A stretch of 64,000 nt of DNA from Amoebidium appalachense (taxonomy: Eukaryota; Protista; Ichthyosporea). Made by a program: the position numbers and the translations under genes. The stretch is from positions 5,604,310 through 5,668,309 of the forward strand of contig CAVNZM010000008.1 in the NCBI GenBank assembly GCA_963693365.1. The letters are read 5' to 3'. Positions 13,469 to 39,041 of the stretch are shown here, one piece after another. The number at the start of each line of letters is the position of its first letter. Within the stretch, counting starts at the first letter, position 1. The notes under the pieces were generated by a model. That model did not search any database, was not told where the DNA came from, and saw only the letters and a list, made by a program, of their open reading frames with translations.

Positions 13469-15185
13469 ACACACACACACACACATACACACACACACAC
13501 ACACACACCACATATCCGCACGTAGGCCTGAAACACAACCACCCACACCTGCCCACCCAAACACCCATCAGGACCCACAACCCGAACCACCCACACAACG
13601 TCCAACCCACATCTACACACAAACACCCCCCTCCCCCCCCCCCCTCCTCCCCCTTCACCATATCCCCCTCCCCAATCCCTCTCCCAGATTCCCCCCTTCC
13701 ACCCCAACAACCCCCTTACTCCCCCCCCCCCCCCCCCTCCCCCTGGCTTCCCCACCTTTCCCCCTTTATGATTGGCCAGAGCTCTGGTAGCAATAAGATC
13801 CCTCACTTCCTTATGCCCACCTGTTCCCTCCCTTCTTCACCCCCCCCCACCCCCCCCCCCCCCCCCCGCCCCCCCTTCCCTTCCCCCCCCCCCCCCCCCC
13901 CCCCCCCCCTCCCCACCAAACCTGGGTTTCATTCAACCTGCTCTCCAACCAAGAACCCCCGAAGCCTCAGAATTGGCGCATGGAATGCACCATGATTGAT
14001 AGAACTGTGTGGGATATTCTGGCGACAGTAATGGGCCCCCCTCCCTTCCCCCCCCTCGCCCCCCCTCCCCCCCCTCCCCGTGCCCCCCCTCACCCCCCCC
14101 CCCCCCCTCCCCTTGCCCAAACCGCGTTTTACCCAACCCCGTTCTCCAACTAAGGACCCCTCTAGATCCACAACCTCATATACACAATCCAACCAAAAAC
14201 CTCAGTAGGTCTCTAATGTGTGCGTAGAATATCATCATTGGTGTAACCATGTGGGAAGTCTCGTTTCTGACAACCATAGAAGCAAATTGGTATCCCGGGC
14301 ACAGAGATATACGAAATTTCAAACTCAGTTAGCGGCAACACGTTGGACTAATCATTGAAGGGAAGCTGTTGAAGGTCTTCGTTGGTTCCCATTTATGGAC
14401 TTAAGGCATGCAACAGATGTGCATGGCATATGTAGGCGCCACGACACGGCCACGGACAGGTATAAACTTCTGCTTTTCACTATTTTTTATTTATTTATTA
14501 GATACATGTTTTTTATGGTTTCGACCGGTGTAGACTGTCCATACAAGGTTGTTGTTGGAAAACGCCAGTAAACCGAAAGATTGGGCTTAATTTTGGTGGG
14601 GAAATCCCTCCGGGGGGGGGGGGGGGGGGGGGGTTGCAGGGTCTCAGTGAGAATTGGTAGATGAACGTGCTATATGATATGTGGGTAAAGGCTGACTGAT
14701 ATATGCGCACAGCTCTAACATTGCTTATCTGCTGCGGATAGAAACTTGCTTGATAATAAGCCAATGTGTGGGCTTCGTTAAAAAAGGTACAGATCCGACT
14801 CTCGTAGCGAGGGAGTGGATGTGTAGATACTTTTTAGATATCACGAGGGGTTAATCAATTCATAAATATTGAAAGAGAAAGCTTAGGTATTATACTCAAA
14901 TTATTGAAGGAGGGATCGAATAGATCGAACGTATCAGACGAGATTTGTGTATGGAACTTTTGTGATGCACTGTACTGCAAAAAGGCAGCAGGGGATTGTC
15001 TGATATCATAAGATCGTGTGAATTATAGTGTTCAAGGTAGCCGTGACCATATTAATTCAAGATAGCACACCATATTATTTATTTAGAATAGGGTATACAG
15101 TGTATGGCAGAGCAGATGGTATATTGAATTCACGGGGACTCATTCTGAAGGTAATGTCTAGGTGTGGGTGGGTGGGTGGGTGGGT

Positions 15186-15230
<45 letters not shown>

Positions 15231-15510
15231 CTGAATGACTTCGAGTGAGGGGGGGACGTGAAACTGGATGGATGGGTGGATTAGTGGGTGGTTGGGTTGG
15301 GTTGGGGGGGAGGGGGGTGGAGGAGGGAGGGGGACGGGGCAGGAAAGGGAAAGGGGGGGATGGAAGGGGAGGGGGAGGGGGAGGGGAGAGGGGAGCAGGT
15401 CTTGTAAGGGAGGATTGGGGAGCAAAAATGAATAAAGAGTTAATTATTGATTGCCTTACGTTTTTTTTTGGTTTTTCTTCGTGAGGGGGTGAGGGTGGGG
15501 AGGGGGGGGG

Positions 15511-15544
<34 letters not shown>

Positions 15545-16027
15545 GGGGGGGGAAATAAGTAGGGGGGGCGGGGGAGAAAGGGTGAGGGTGGGGACAGAGG
15601 GGGGCAGGGGGGAGGGGGAGGGTTGGGGGGGAGGTTCCGGGGGCCGGGGGGGGGGGGGGGGGAGGGGGGGGGGGAAGGGGGAAGGGAGGCAAGGGGGGAG
15701 GTGCGGGAGGGGGGGGAGGGCGGGAGGGAGGGGAATGGGAGAGGGGGGAGAAAGGGGAGAGGAGGTGATCGTGTGAATTAGTGTTGGGGGGGAGGGAGGA
15801 GTTGGGGCGGAGGGTGGGGGGAGGGGGGGGGGGGGGGGAAGGGGAAGGGGAGAGTAAAGGACAGTGTAAATTTGCAATTAGTACGACCCTATTGGGTTGA
15901 CTGCAATGTTTCATATTACTCAGAAGTTCTGACAGTTTATCCACGTTAAAGATGAAGAAAAAACCTGCATTATTTATGCCCTTTGGCATGAAACTAAGAT
16001 GACACGGAAACCCCCGGAGGGGGAGAA

Positions 16028-16098
<71 letters not shown>

Positions 16099-16424
16099 AC
16101 AGGCACACACACAACGTACACACACACACCACCACTAATGCAGCCTGTATAAAATCCATTTTATTAAATTTAATGGCTCATTGACTTGAAATAATAGTAT
16201 CCGTTTATACCTCCGGGGGGTAAACCATAACTATTTCCGGGGGTTTATCCATCTCCTTTCGCAAAGAACACCCCGTCCCCCCCACCCCCCCACCCCACCC
16301 CCCCCCCCCCCTCCCCTCCTCGTCACCTCCCCCTCCCCTTCCCCTCCTCCCACCAAAAAAAGGGATTAAGACAAAGGGTAAAAATAATAATAAGTATATA
16401 TAAAACTTTGAGAAAGGGGAAAAA

Positions 16425-17250
16425 CAGGCCCGAAAATTCAGATCATTGTTCTCGGTATTTTTTCAAGCCCCGGTGTATTTTGGCCCGGGGGATATGGTAT
16501 TTTTCATACCAAGTCAGAGGAGGATGAAGGGGGGGTCTGACGGTAACCTACCATGACCGTGCATACTTGCATATCTTTCCGTCGAATAAATCCAGTCAAA
16601 AGAAGAGAAAAAAAAACTTTTTTTCTTTTGACTGGATTTATTCGACGGAAAGATATGCAAGTATGCACGGCATACTGAGAAGACAATAAAAAAACTTCAC
16701 GAGACTTGCGGGGGCCTACCATAAACTGAAAATATGATGGTATTTTTGAAAACTTTTGGGTATTTTTTACCGTAAAAACGGGGTTACGATATTCCGAGCG
16801 TCGGGGTGTGATCTGATTGGATGACGACACGACCTTTAACTTCAGTTAGTCTTGCCGTGATTGGCCTAGAGCGCACTCACCGAAATAACCAGGCTATGGA
16901 CATTTCTATTGGGTTAGAGGAATCGAATAACCGGGTTAATGGGTGAGTGCGCAGCTAGCCAATCAAAGCGATCACTAGGAAAATGTAAGCCTGAAATGTG
17001 AATGTAATGATATATGAATCAAATAACCGAGTTAAAGTTTGCATAATGTATCAATAAAGTGAATTTTTTATGGGTCATATCGTAACCGGATCATGTCGGC
17101 TCGTGTCCTCGCTCGACCTCGTTATTTCGGCTCGCCTTGTCGATTATTCTGGCTCGCCTATCGGCTCGCCAAAATAACCGACGGCTCGCCGAAATAACTT
17201 CGGTTTCGCTCGGCCACTCGCCCCATGACTCCTGATTATGGTCGGGCCTG
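16425..17250. mobile_element. Non-autonomous hAT-like DNA transposon (826 bp)
   Basis: Terminal inverted repeats CAGGCCCGA (16425) and TCGGGCCTG (ending 17250). 8-bp TSD GGGAAAAA at 16417-16424 and 17251-17258. Many subterminal AAATAACCG and TCGGCTCGCC motifs at 16880-17222. No transposase ORF. Confidence 0.8.
16557..16703. mobile_element. Tail-to-tail pair of non-LTR retroelement 3' ends forming a 48-bp perfect inverted repeat
   Basis: 16557-16604 is the reverse complement of 16623-16670. 16621-16703 is nearly identical to about 59189-59269, the AATAAA plus A-tail end of the 59-kb element. Confidence 0.8.
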
Positions 17251-17473
17251 GGGAAAAACGAAAAAAAATAAAATAAAAAATAAAATAAAAAATACCATCG
17301 AATCCACCAAACATCTGGCACGCTTTGAACGTGCCCTCCCGCCGCCATAAGACAAAATCCACTCCTAATATTTTCCAATTGCAAGAGAGGCACAAGATCA
17401 GTCGTTACAGAAACTCCAGCTCCGGCTCCGGTCCCTTGAAAAAAATAATAGCTACTTCAAAAGATGGCAGCAC

Positions 17474-17590
<117 letters not shown>

Positions 17591-17596
17591 TGCGCG

Positions 17597-17655
<59 letters not shown>

Positions 17656-19894
17656 ATGAAGGAAAAGTACTATAGTAATAGTACAAGTATAGGAAAGCAT
17701 AATTGTAAGAGTATATACGAGTACTCCAATAAAGATGTTTATTAAAGCAGGTATATCCTATGATTTAATGGGGATTTTGTCGTTCCCTATTGATTCTTTA
17801 TAAAGTTGCGTATCTACAGCTATATACTATGAGCCGAGCCAATAAGCAAATCGAAAGCAACAACATATCTATTTTAAATCTAAATTGGTCTATCAGCATC
17901 CTGATATCATCAGTGTAAACAAGGCCTCCATAGGGTGATAAGGAGGCCTTGGGAATGTGACGACATGTACTATGAGCTGTGCCGATGGGTTGTCGGCACC
18001 AAGGCCACTGGCAGTATGCTTTGTGCGAAACGCCCATGGATGGCCATGCCGCATAAAATAGCGGCTAGCTAAGGCACAAAACACCCAGAAAGTGCCGAAA
18101 CCCTGAACTTCGTCCCTGACTTTTTAGGAAGATTAGGTTCACCAACTTTCCAACCAGTGACGCTAAAACAGCAAACACTTAAAAAAATTACTCTCTAAAC
18201 ACGATTGGTGGCTCCATATTTATAGCCATAGGGCCATCCAGGCAAGGGGAAATGATTATGGCACTTACTATCTATGTATGTAGCAGTACCAAAATCGTAT
18301 TTCACACCCTGTTTTGGGGACATATGTCACGTGTTGTTTTAACTTGCTTACTGTTTAGGGTTCGAATTCGGTCTCTGGCCCAGTTTGTCGGTCAGTTGTG
18401 ACGTCATCGTAGATCCGGCGTGCATGTCATTGGTGAAATAAAATATGGGCGGAAAAAAGCGCACCAATCAAGCGAGTGTTTTTGTGCAGCATGATTGTAC
18501 GAGACGCTTTTCCTATTGGCCAATGTCTTCAACTAATCATTGAGCTTCCAGCCAGTTATGTACAAAATAATAGAATTCCTTCGAACTCTGGCCTCTGGAA
18601 GCAGAAAAATGCACAGAAAACAAAGGCACAACCTGGGCAGGAAACAGCACTGTGCATATGCAGGTTGGCTAATATTATGCCTAATATAGTGTTGTATCAT
18701 ATTATATATGCAAAAATATGTCTTTTCAAATGTCTTTCCCACACGAGGTGTCTTTACTCAGGCGGCAAATGTCGCAGCACGCCGTCAGCGAACCTGCGGA
18801 CACGGGGCCGGGCCCGGCCACGGTGCCCTTGCCGTGCGCCATTTTGAGCACCGCTGGAGTTGAAAACCAAATCAATAATACTATTCACTACAAAAACTAC
18901 TTGCTGAAGCATAAAGCTTGAGAAACAAACATATACTCGTTCCAAAAGGAATTTGAAACTTAAAAATGGATGGTTTGTTGTGGTTTCGACATGCCGAGTG
19001 TGGAACTTTCATCGTGATCACGGATGATGGGCATCATGCCCGAGTTTCAGATCTATCCTAAGTATATCTTTGAAATTTACAAGGCGCGATCCGCATGCGG
19101 CATAAACTACATAGGCCAATATCAATATATATATCCCCCAATACTATCTTGTAACAGCTTCTAAGATGGAAAAATAATATGTATTTTGACACAGAACATT
19201 CCATTATAATTTACACAACAAAAAAAGACCCACCCATTGTTCATCTCACTAGTCACTTGGCACTAACACAAGCATAATTATCTTCATATCTCGTTCACGG
19301 CTTTTCACAATTTATGAAGTTGGATAGTAATGCACTAAGGCTCAGAGTGCACTCTGCTTAGCACGGTGAATCGATATCGGCGAAGCCGTGACGAGTGAAA
19401 ACATACAAAACCTGGGCCTCTGGCTTTCTCATGCTCATTTGAATCACATGTGACGACACCGGCCCACTAAACGTAGCAGAGAGTTCTGTATGTCATTGGA
19501 ACCTTCATAATCGAAACACAACGCAGACCCTTCGAGACACCAAGTTGTTACTGCACACTCGATACTCGTTCCATTGAAGTAGTAGAAAAAAATCACTACT
19601 TCACTGATTTGCAATTGTACGTTTTGTATTCATTGGGTCTGAACGGCCGTATGATACCGACCACACTTGCACCGCACAAACAAGGAAACACAGACAACAG
19701 GGCTACTCTACTCCACCACACGTCAGTACACCGTGACCTAGGTGTTACAACGAAACACAAGGTCCCTTAAGCTTATCTCTTCATGAAGCTGGGCATCAGT
19801 GGTTCAACATCTAAGCACATTCCAACTTAAGAGTCCACGCGCGGGTACACGCAAATTGTCTAGCCTTTCAAAAGGAAACGCCATCAGCAACACA

Positions 19895-20308
19895 ATGTAT
19901 ACTTCCCGGCTAGTATGTCTCTCACTAGTTTTTGTGACAATGAGCTCACCATTAAGCCTCGCCGCACCAAGCGGCACCAACAACATGGACATGGCATCGG
20001 CTCTCACGACCTTAAATGTCCCCCAACAGCCAACCGTACAGAACTCTACTTATAGTATAGGGCTGAACGCATACGGACCTAAGTGTCCCTTGGGTTCAGC
20101 TTATTCTTTCTGGTTAAGGAAATGTCTCGGACCATGCCCGGAGGGAAGCTCGAGATGGGCGTGGGGTTGTTCTAGCCCACTTACCATTGTGTGTGGGGAT
20201 GGTGGGTTGTGGAAGGATTGGCGGTGGGGGTGTGTAACACAGCCGAAGTGTCCAGAGCCGTTTGTGTGGGAGGGCTGGCAGGTGGGATGCACCGCTATGC
20301 CATTGTGA
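19895..20308 (+). CDS. Small secreted Cys/Trp-rich repeat protein (137 aa, intronless)
   Basis: ATG at 19895, hydrophobic signal peptide (RLVCLSLVFVTMSSPLSLA) and four C-x10..12-C units: CPLGSAYSFWLRKC, CPEGSSRWAWGC, CGDGGLWKDWRWGC, CPEPFVWEGWQVGC. AATAAA at about 20360. Confidence 0.75.
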   Translation: MYTSRLVCLSLVFVTMSSPLSLAAPSGTNNMDMASALTTLNVPQQPTVQNSTYSIGLNAYGPKCPLGSAYSFWLRKCLGPCPEGSSRWAWGCSSPLTIVCGDGGLWKDWRWGCVTQPKCPEPFVWEGWQVGCTAMPL

Positions 20309-20600
20309 GTGGAGGGTTTTTTTTCCCGCTGCATTTGGATATTGGTAATTGGCACCTTTAATAAATACGGCTCTATGAACAGTGGCAGATATTTCTAAAA
20401 TGCATACGTAGACGGAGAGAGCTTGTTATGAGGTTAAGAACAAACACTGTGTATAAACTATATAGTTTTGGTATTTGTCAACGCTTGCCAACCGTTGTCA
20501 TGTAGTCCCTTTTTATACAATCTCATCCGATTTATATACTTTTTATATTCTCTGAAGCCTGTAAATGCGGTGCCTGTGGCATCACACATGTGCTCGTGAA

Positions 20601-20720
20601 CACGGGATCTCTTATGAAAAGGTCACGATATGTTTGTCATGCTTGAAAATGGTTTGGCGAGCACGGGATCTCTTATGAAAAAGACACGATGTGTTTCTGT
20701 CATGCTTGAAAAATGGTTTG
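20601..20720. repeat. ~60-bp tandem duplication
   Basis: CACGGGATCTCTTATGAAAA...GTCATGCTTGAAAATGGTTTG occurs twice, starting at 20601 and 20662. Confidence 0.85.
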
Positions 20721-21012
20721 AACGCCGTCCATGATATCGACAGCATGCACAGCAACGCTTTCCATAAAGTCCACATACAGTGCGTTAGCAGTTAGTATCA
20801 GTAGAAAAGACTTACAGGATTAACTTGCATGGCACCCCACGATAGGCTTGGTTGCCCCCAAAAGTTGGACAAAATTACACTTCACTTTTACTTCGATCTC
20901 TTAGCTGTCACATCAACTTTGTTTCCCGATTCTTCACCATGGCAGGTATATAAAGGCTTTCGTTTTTTCTTTTTGTGGTTTGAAGGGTCCCACTCAGGGG
21001 AACGTGACACTG

Positions 21013-21744
21013 TGTGTGTGTAGTGCGGCCTTGTCTATTCCTGCTGCTGTGAGAGTGTGGGGACATCTCCCTTCCGCGGAGTTTCTCGCTTGAGGAGTGG
21101 TTTCTTCGACATCTGGTGGCCCACTGCAACTTACGGTGACTTCTACACGCTATCTACGCTTCTACGCGAGCTATTGGCGGTGGGCTGCTGCAACTTCACT
21201 GCTTCTGCGCTGCGTGAGTGGAGGGGTAGCTACTGGGTCGTCGAGGAGCTTTCCTTGTGGCTGCCGTGTTTTCAGCCTTCAGCAGTATGGCAGTGACTAG
21301 GTTTTCCTGCATGCATTCTGTAGTTATGTTTTCCTGTGTGTCCTGCCACAACTAGGCCACCTTATCAAAGAGTTAGAGACAGCTTCTGCGGGTTTTCTAG
21401 GGGACGGGCCCGTGGGGATTGTTTTCTCGCTCGGATTTGGTCTGCATTGCTCTTTAAAGGGCTGACTTGCTTGCTGTGCCCCGGTAGGTTTTGAGGGGGG
21501 CCTGTTGGGGGGCAGCAGTAATGATGTCTTCTTGCGGAGTGTGGCCTGGTCATCATCGCTGCATATGACTACTTGTAGTTGGAGCAAACTAGTTTCTGGT
21601 GTCCTTTGGTCACTTGTTTTATTTTTTATTTCATCGCTGTGGCTCTTTCGAAGTCGGTTGATTTAGTTGTCATGTAGACTGTGGCTGCACGTTGCCTTCA
21701 TATCCACTGGACCACTGATCAATAAATCCCAGTCAAGAGAAAAA
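21013..21744 (+). mobile_element. Putative 5'-truncated retroposed element
   Basis: Ends in AATAAATCCCAGTCAAGAGAAAAA, resembling the 3' end of the 59-kb element. Possible TSD TGACACTG at 21005-21012 and 21745-21752. Confidence 0.5.
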
Positions 21745-21815
21745 TGACACTGCAAACGAAGCTCGATCGATACGTATACACACAGAAAACGTGCATACGT
21801 ATTACATTGTAGAGT

Positions 21816-21934
21816 CTAACACGTACTGACGTGTTGCCGCACGTGCGACGTTTTAACATCTACTTAGGCGGTCCCTTTTAAGTAAAAAAAAAAAAAAAAA
21901 AAAAAAAAGGAGACACCGCCTCAGTAGGTGGTAG
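21816..21934. mobile_element. MITE, family C copy 1 (imperfect TIRs, 9-bp TSD, internal poly-A)
   Basis: Left end CTAACACGTACTGACGTG versus reverse-complemented right end CTACCACCTACTGAGGCG (14/18 match). Flanks TTGTAGAGT and TTGTAGAGA. A second copy lies at 37607-37733. Confidence 0.75.
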
Positions 21935-22105
21935 TTGTAGAGACGACGTTAGCCTAAACAAGACGTAGCCGTACTTACCGGGCTATTTATGGAGGCTGAA
22001 ACTTCTATATTTGGTTACATTGTTATCTTTAATATTGGAATGTGGCGGCCAGCCCCGGAGTCCGAGCGGCGCCGGTCGTAACGAAAGCCGAGACGAAGAA
22101 AGCCG

Positions 22106-22231
22106 GGGTTTACGCTGTTTACTCGAGGCAAAGAGAACCAGTCTCAGGTATGGGGGGGGGGGTTTTGCTCGGAATATCCCCTCAGCGGTATATCATGATC
22201 ACGTACATAGATGTCGGGTGGTGACTATATC
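22106..22231 (+). mobile_element. Short interspersed element, family B copy 1
   Basis: GGGTTTACGCTGTTTACTCG...CAGGTAT-(G)n-TTTGCTCGGAATATCCCCTCAGCGGTATATCATGATC...GTCGGGTG. 10-bp TSD AAGAAAGCCG at 22096-22105 and 22232-22241. Other copies at 26123-26338 (-) and 36985-37193 (+). Confidence 0.8.
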
Positions 22232-22366
22232 AAGAAAGCCGCGTCGACCGTTGGTAAAAATGAACTTTTGAACAAAGCCCATTCGGTTGAAAAGAAGAAG
22301 CCGTGGTTTTCTCGAAACTATACGATAAACGGGCTTCTATTTTTTTTAACTAACGCACATGACATC

Positions 22367-26787
<4,421 letters not shown>

Positions 26788-26994
26788 ATTGAAACGATTT
26801 TAAAGTTTAAGATTTTGTATAGAGTTTAAAGATTCTGAATGCTAATTATATGTTGTTTTAAAAAAATGAATGTGGAATTTTGCCTTTGAGAATATGGTGT
26901 GCGATCGACGTTTGTGTTGTAATGCAATAGGTGATGCACTAATGGTTAACTTTCCGGTATTAGTGTTTTTTTTTAAAGCATATTTAATGCATAA

Positions 26995-27050
<56 letters not shown>

Positions 27051-27849
27051 TGATCAATGTTGTAGATAACGCATACAGCATGCCCTTAATTATACTGATG
27101 TCGGCACATGAAGTTCGTAACAAATTTGTTACCCAACACGATTGTTTTTTAACTGATACACGTATCGTCGTTGTGCCTAGACTTTAATGGTATCATAATG
27201 TACTGTCTGGTCATAACGGGTGTGCAGCGCTACCGAAGTAGATGTTCTCCATATGCATGGTGGAAGACTCACACATATCAACATCGTGAGCACACACTCA
27301 CAAAGGCACAAGCATACATGTACACACACACACACACACACACACACTATTTCTCTCTCTCTCTCTCACTGACTGACGAATACGCGTGTGCACACACCGT
27401 GATCACGTGAACAGACACAAATTAAACACCTTACAAGCACCTGCACATGTCGCACGTGTGTGTGCACACACAGGATATCGATTATGCCGTTGCTCCTTGG
27501 GCATGCATGGTTTATATTGGATTTGCAAGTGACCATAATTGATAACCATTGCTAAGAAATGTTTGAGATATATATACTGTAAATATGCCTTTTCAGACGA
27601 AGAGCTTGTGTTCCTCTCAATAAAAATGAAGCCAAATTCTCCAAAAATTCTGAAATCCCTGGTTTAAAATTCCGGACTAAATCACGCAGGAAACGGGAAA
27701 CCAGCAGGTCTGAGAGGACGTGTGTAAAAGACAGAAGAAGGTTGAAAAGGGACTCTGTATTAAAGAAAAACAACCTAGGCTATTAAAAACAAAAACCCTT
27801 TGAACGTTCAGAAAGGGATATCGTAGTATGTGCACGCGATGTTGTGAGG

Positions 27850-27894
<45 letters not shown>

Positions 27895-28621
27895 TATGCC
27901 ATAGTCTCTCCCAGAAAGCGAGGAAGCAAGCATTTACATATAGACTTGTCATTTGCGAATGTGTGCATAAGCATATTCTCGAAACGCACAAAAAGCTACA
28001 CACAAACTCTGTTACACCACTACGGAAAAACATCATACGCTCACATCGAATCGAATAACTCCACTCATACTAAATATCCACAGTTCGAACACCCACACTC
28101 AACCAAACCACACTAGCATAGGACCCCTAATACAAAAAAAAATGGGTACGTGCACGGTCAACCCACAGAAACCGGTTCTCTCACAATAATATCCTGAAAC
28201 AGTTTATAACTAGTGGGTGTACCATAGGCGTGGAATCACACATTTCCAAACCAATCTAACAAAGCAAATTTAGAGCCGATAATTCCGCTACTGGCAAGGG
28301 GATGCGCGTTGTATAGAAAATAGCGTGATAAAAACCCTCGCCCACAGGAAACCAGTACCCTCAGAGGGGTTTTTGCTCTGTAATCCCGATTTTCCTAGCC
28401 GCAAGTCAGTCGCATACATATCTAGGCACGGGTTTCATAAATTTTACCTTAAACCTTGGTTTAAGCACATACGACATACCCCATATAGGGAGTATAGGAG
28501 GATTTCTCACACCTTCCATCGACCAATAGAAACACCAATCTCCCAAACACTCCCCAAATACCGCTCGTTCCACTGTAGAAATCCATCTAGGGCATTCCGA
28601 TCTAGATCCGATTACATCCGA

Positions 28622-35957
<7,336 letters not shown>

Positions 35958-36984
35958 GATGAAGATAAGTTGAACATGAAAGGTTGATGTGAGTGAGTAT
36001 CCGACAGAGTGGATGTTATGTGTGGCGCCTGTGCGGATCCGGGCTTGGTGAACCAGGGAAACGTAAAAGGAAAAGTGCAATGAGAGCTCTTCTATGGAAA
36101 GATCTTAAAATGGACAGACGTGTTTTTATGTTCTGTTGTAAGGGCCGGGGGGAGATGCTGTCACCACTAAAGTCGGAAAAAGTGTTAAAAACGGTATAGT
36201 GGTTGTTGCTTGTCTGTGCGTTTAGCTACTCATGTGAGTGACACACAGCCCAAAAAATAACGAGCAAAACGGCAGATTCACGGTTGGAGTGGTTCCCAGC
36301 GGCCACCGCAAAGACGTAGATGCGCTGTCGATAGGTTCGGCCTGTGGACAAAGGGCGCTTTTTCACCAATGTTTGATGGAAACCTGCGATGCTTTCAATC
36401 GATGTCCTAGGACAGTGAAAAGCGGACGGGTTGAATGTGTGTGCTTGTTGAACGTCACAACAGCGTGATAAGGTCGGCGGGCGATCCGAGGTGGGGAACG
36501 AGAAGGGTAACGAAAGGGAGAAAAAACATGGGTATGTCTTGATCTGGTGCTCGAAAAATAAGGAAAAGAACATGAGCCGGGGAAAAAAAAAACCCTAGGA
36601 ACACACACCAATGTGTCTTATTGAAGGGTTGACCTATAAAGCAAGCGAATTGTCTGAGAACCGGAACCGGAAAAGGGGAGAAAAAACAACTACACTGATA
36701 ACATGAAAAACCTACGAGGTTTCCCTGACAATAAATGAGTGAAAGGGCCTCGCTTTGTGGTCGTCCAAGAATTTCCCACTTGTAACTCAAACTAACATGT
36801 GCAAGCGCCTCCCACCGAACAACACGTTTTCCCCCTTTTCTCCTCTTTCGTATAGGAGTCTTCGCCCGTTTCAGCAACGGACACAAAAACACGCACACGG
36901 CCACACGTCCGCGCACGCGTACGCAGACGCACGCACGTGAGCGCAAACGTTCGCGATCGCCATCTGCCAATCAGAGATGACAAT

Positions 36985-37062
36985 GGGGCTTTACGCTGTT
37001 TACTCGAGGCAAAGCCTTTCGACCAATCTCAGGTATGGGGGGGGGGGGGGGGGTGGGTGGGT

Positions 37063-37102
<40 letters not shown>

Positions 37103-37193
37103 TGCTCGGAATATCCCCTCAGCGGTATATCATGATTACGTACATCGATGTCGGGTGACGACTATATATCAGGGTGATGACTATGTATCAGGG
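36985..37193 (+). mobile_element. Short interspersed element, family B copy 3
   Basis: Same body as 22106-22231. Its 3' tail is a tandem GGGTGA(C/T)GACTAT(A/G)TATCA repeat. 7-bp TSD TGACAAT at 36978-36984 and 37194-37200. Confidence 0.8.
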
Positions 37194-37426
37194 TGACAAT
37201 TGACGTCACGCATTTACGTCACCATGACGTAACCTTTTTTTTATTATTTTTTTTTTATTTTTCCTGCTCTTCAGCGCTTAACTCCTATTCATGGCCCGTG
37301 CTCTTATTGCACCGGTCATGCTTTCCCCCTTGATAGTGGGGGAGTGTCCTACGGTTGCTTTTGTACATGTACGTGTGTGTGCGCGTGCGTGTTCCTGTGT
37401 GTGTGTGTGCCACGGGCCCCACCGGG

Positions 37427-37467
<41 letters not shown>

Positions 37468-37606
37468 TAACCGGCCACCGGCCACCATCTTTTCGTATTC
37501 CGGCTTTCCGGCCAGGATTTATTATATTATTTGTTTCATGAAAATTATACTGTTGCAGAGTTCTCTTGCAAAAGGTTGAATTGATGCTTGCTAATATCAG
37601 GTATAG

Positions 37607-37733
37607 CTAACACGTACTGACGTGTTGCCGCACGTGCGACGTTTAACATATACTCAGGCGTCCCTTTTAAGTAAAAAAAAAAAAAAAAGAAAAAAAAAAG
37701 AAAGAAAGGAGACGCCGCCTCAGTAGGTGGTAG
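37607..37733. mobile_element. MITE, family C copy 2
   Basis: Near-identical to 21816-21934. Perfect 9-bp TSD CAGGTATAG at 37598-37606 and 37734-37742. Confidence 0.8.
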
Positions 37734-38381
37734 CAGGTATAGGTACCTATTCAGACTAGCACTATCTTTACCATATCATCAATAAAAATACTACTACCAT
37801 GACATACATATGCATGTTGTGCCTTGTTGCACGCTAAATGCAAAAACAAGAAAGAAAAAGAAAAGACAGCTCCGCTGAATATATTGGCAAGTTATATATA
37901 TCAAACTAGATCTACTTGAAGAACACTCACGACTCATATGGCCACACTAAGCATAAGCAAATCTGAAACACTATAAAAATCAAATCTTCTTCAAAGGGTA
38001 TATCACAACTTCTAGTGCCACTGTAAATTTCCACAAGAGTAAAATACCCGTATGCATATGCATGTGGTGTTACAGCAGGAAGGCATATATATACTGAAAG
38101 ACTAAAATATGTAATACCAGGGAAAAAAGAGGAGGAGGAAGAAAAAGGATTCAAAGAAGAATACAGATAGTGGGTTATATGATGTGCTACGGTAACAGTT
38201 GTTGAAAAGGATCTCCATCAAGAACAGACCGTGTGCATGCATGTGCCTGTAAAGAAACTGTGTAACACTACCCTTCACACAGGTCACCTACCAAATCACA
38301 CGCACACGTGCACACACACACACACACCTACTTCACACACGCACTAACACACCACACACACGCCTTCAACACATCACACAC

Positions 38382-39000
38382 CTATGCCACACACGTGTTG
38401 ACACACTTCTTCAACTCATTCTTCTTCCTCAAAACCATGCTGGCGCTAGCGCTGAAGCAAACCTTTGCCTTTGTCTCCCCGACGCACTTCTGGTTGTAGC
38501 CCGGCAGATCCGAAATCCCAAGAGTATCCTTCATCACGCGCTTTGCTAGAAACTTGTGGAATCGGGTGGTAGGGTGAAGACTGTCAAAGAAGATGTATGT
38601 GTCTGGGTCGGTGCACACAGCCCCGTTTTGGTCCAGGCACGGCTTCTGCAAATCATTTGAAAAGTGTTGGTGGTGAGTGCGGGGTGTGTGTTAAAGACTG
38701 AGTAGGGAACCATCTCATGAGCATTTCTTTCATGTGGTCTTGCCTAAAGCAGGAGATAGCCATATATTGGTTCATGGGGGAAAGCGGATCATAGTTTTGC
38801 TAAACGGCCAGATCATATTCTTTTACGCCACAATGATAATCATGCTCGATGATGTCGACTTATTAGACTTTAAAATGATATAGAGCATTACTGAACACGG
38901 CTAAGTGACCCAACGGCTATTACTAAATATGGTAAAACTATATGCAACTGCGTCGGTGACCGTGCGCGCGCGCGCCTGTGTACGCATGTGTGCGTGTACG

Positions 39001-39041
<41 letters not shown>

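Noticed and set aside
17095-17225. Short spaced repeats resembling a CRISPR array
   Set aside because: The units are about 10 bp with irregular short spacing, there are no cas genes, the context is eukaryotic, and they are explained as subterminal motifs of the hAT element.
21816-21934. Family C as a Helitron/Helentron
   Set aside because: Both copies have 9-bp TSDs and terminal inverted similarity, which Helitrons do not produce.
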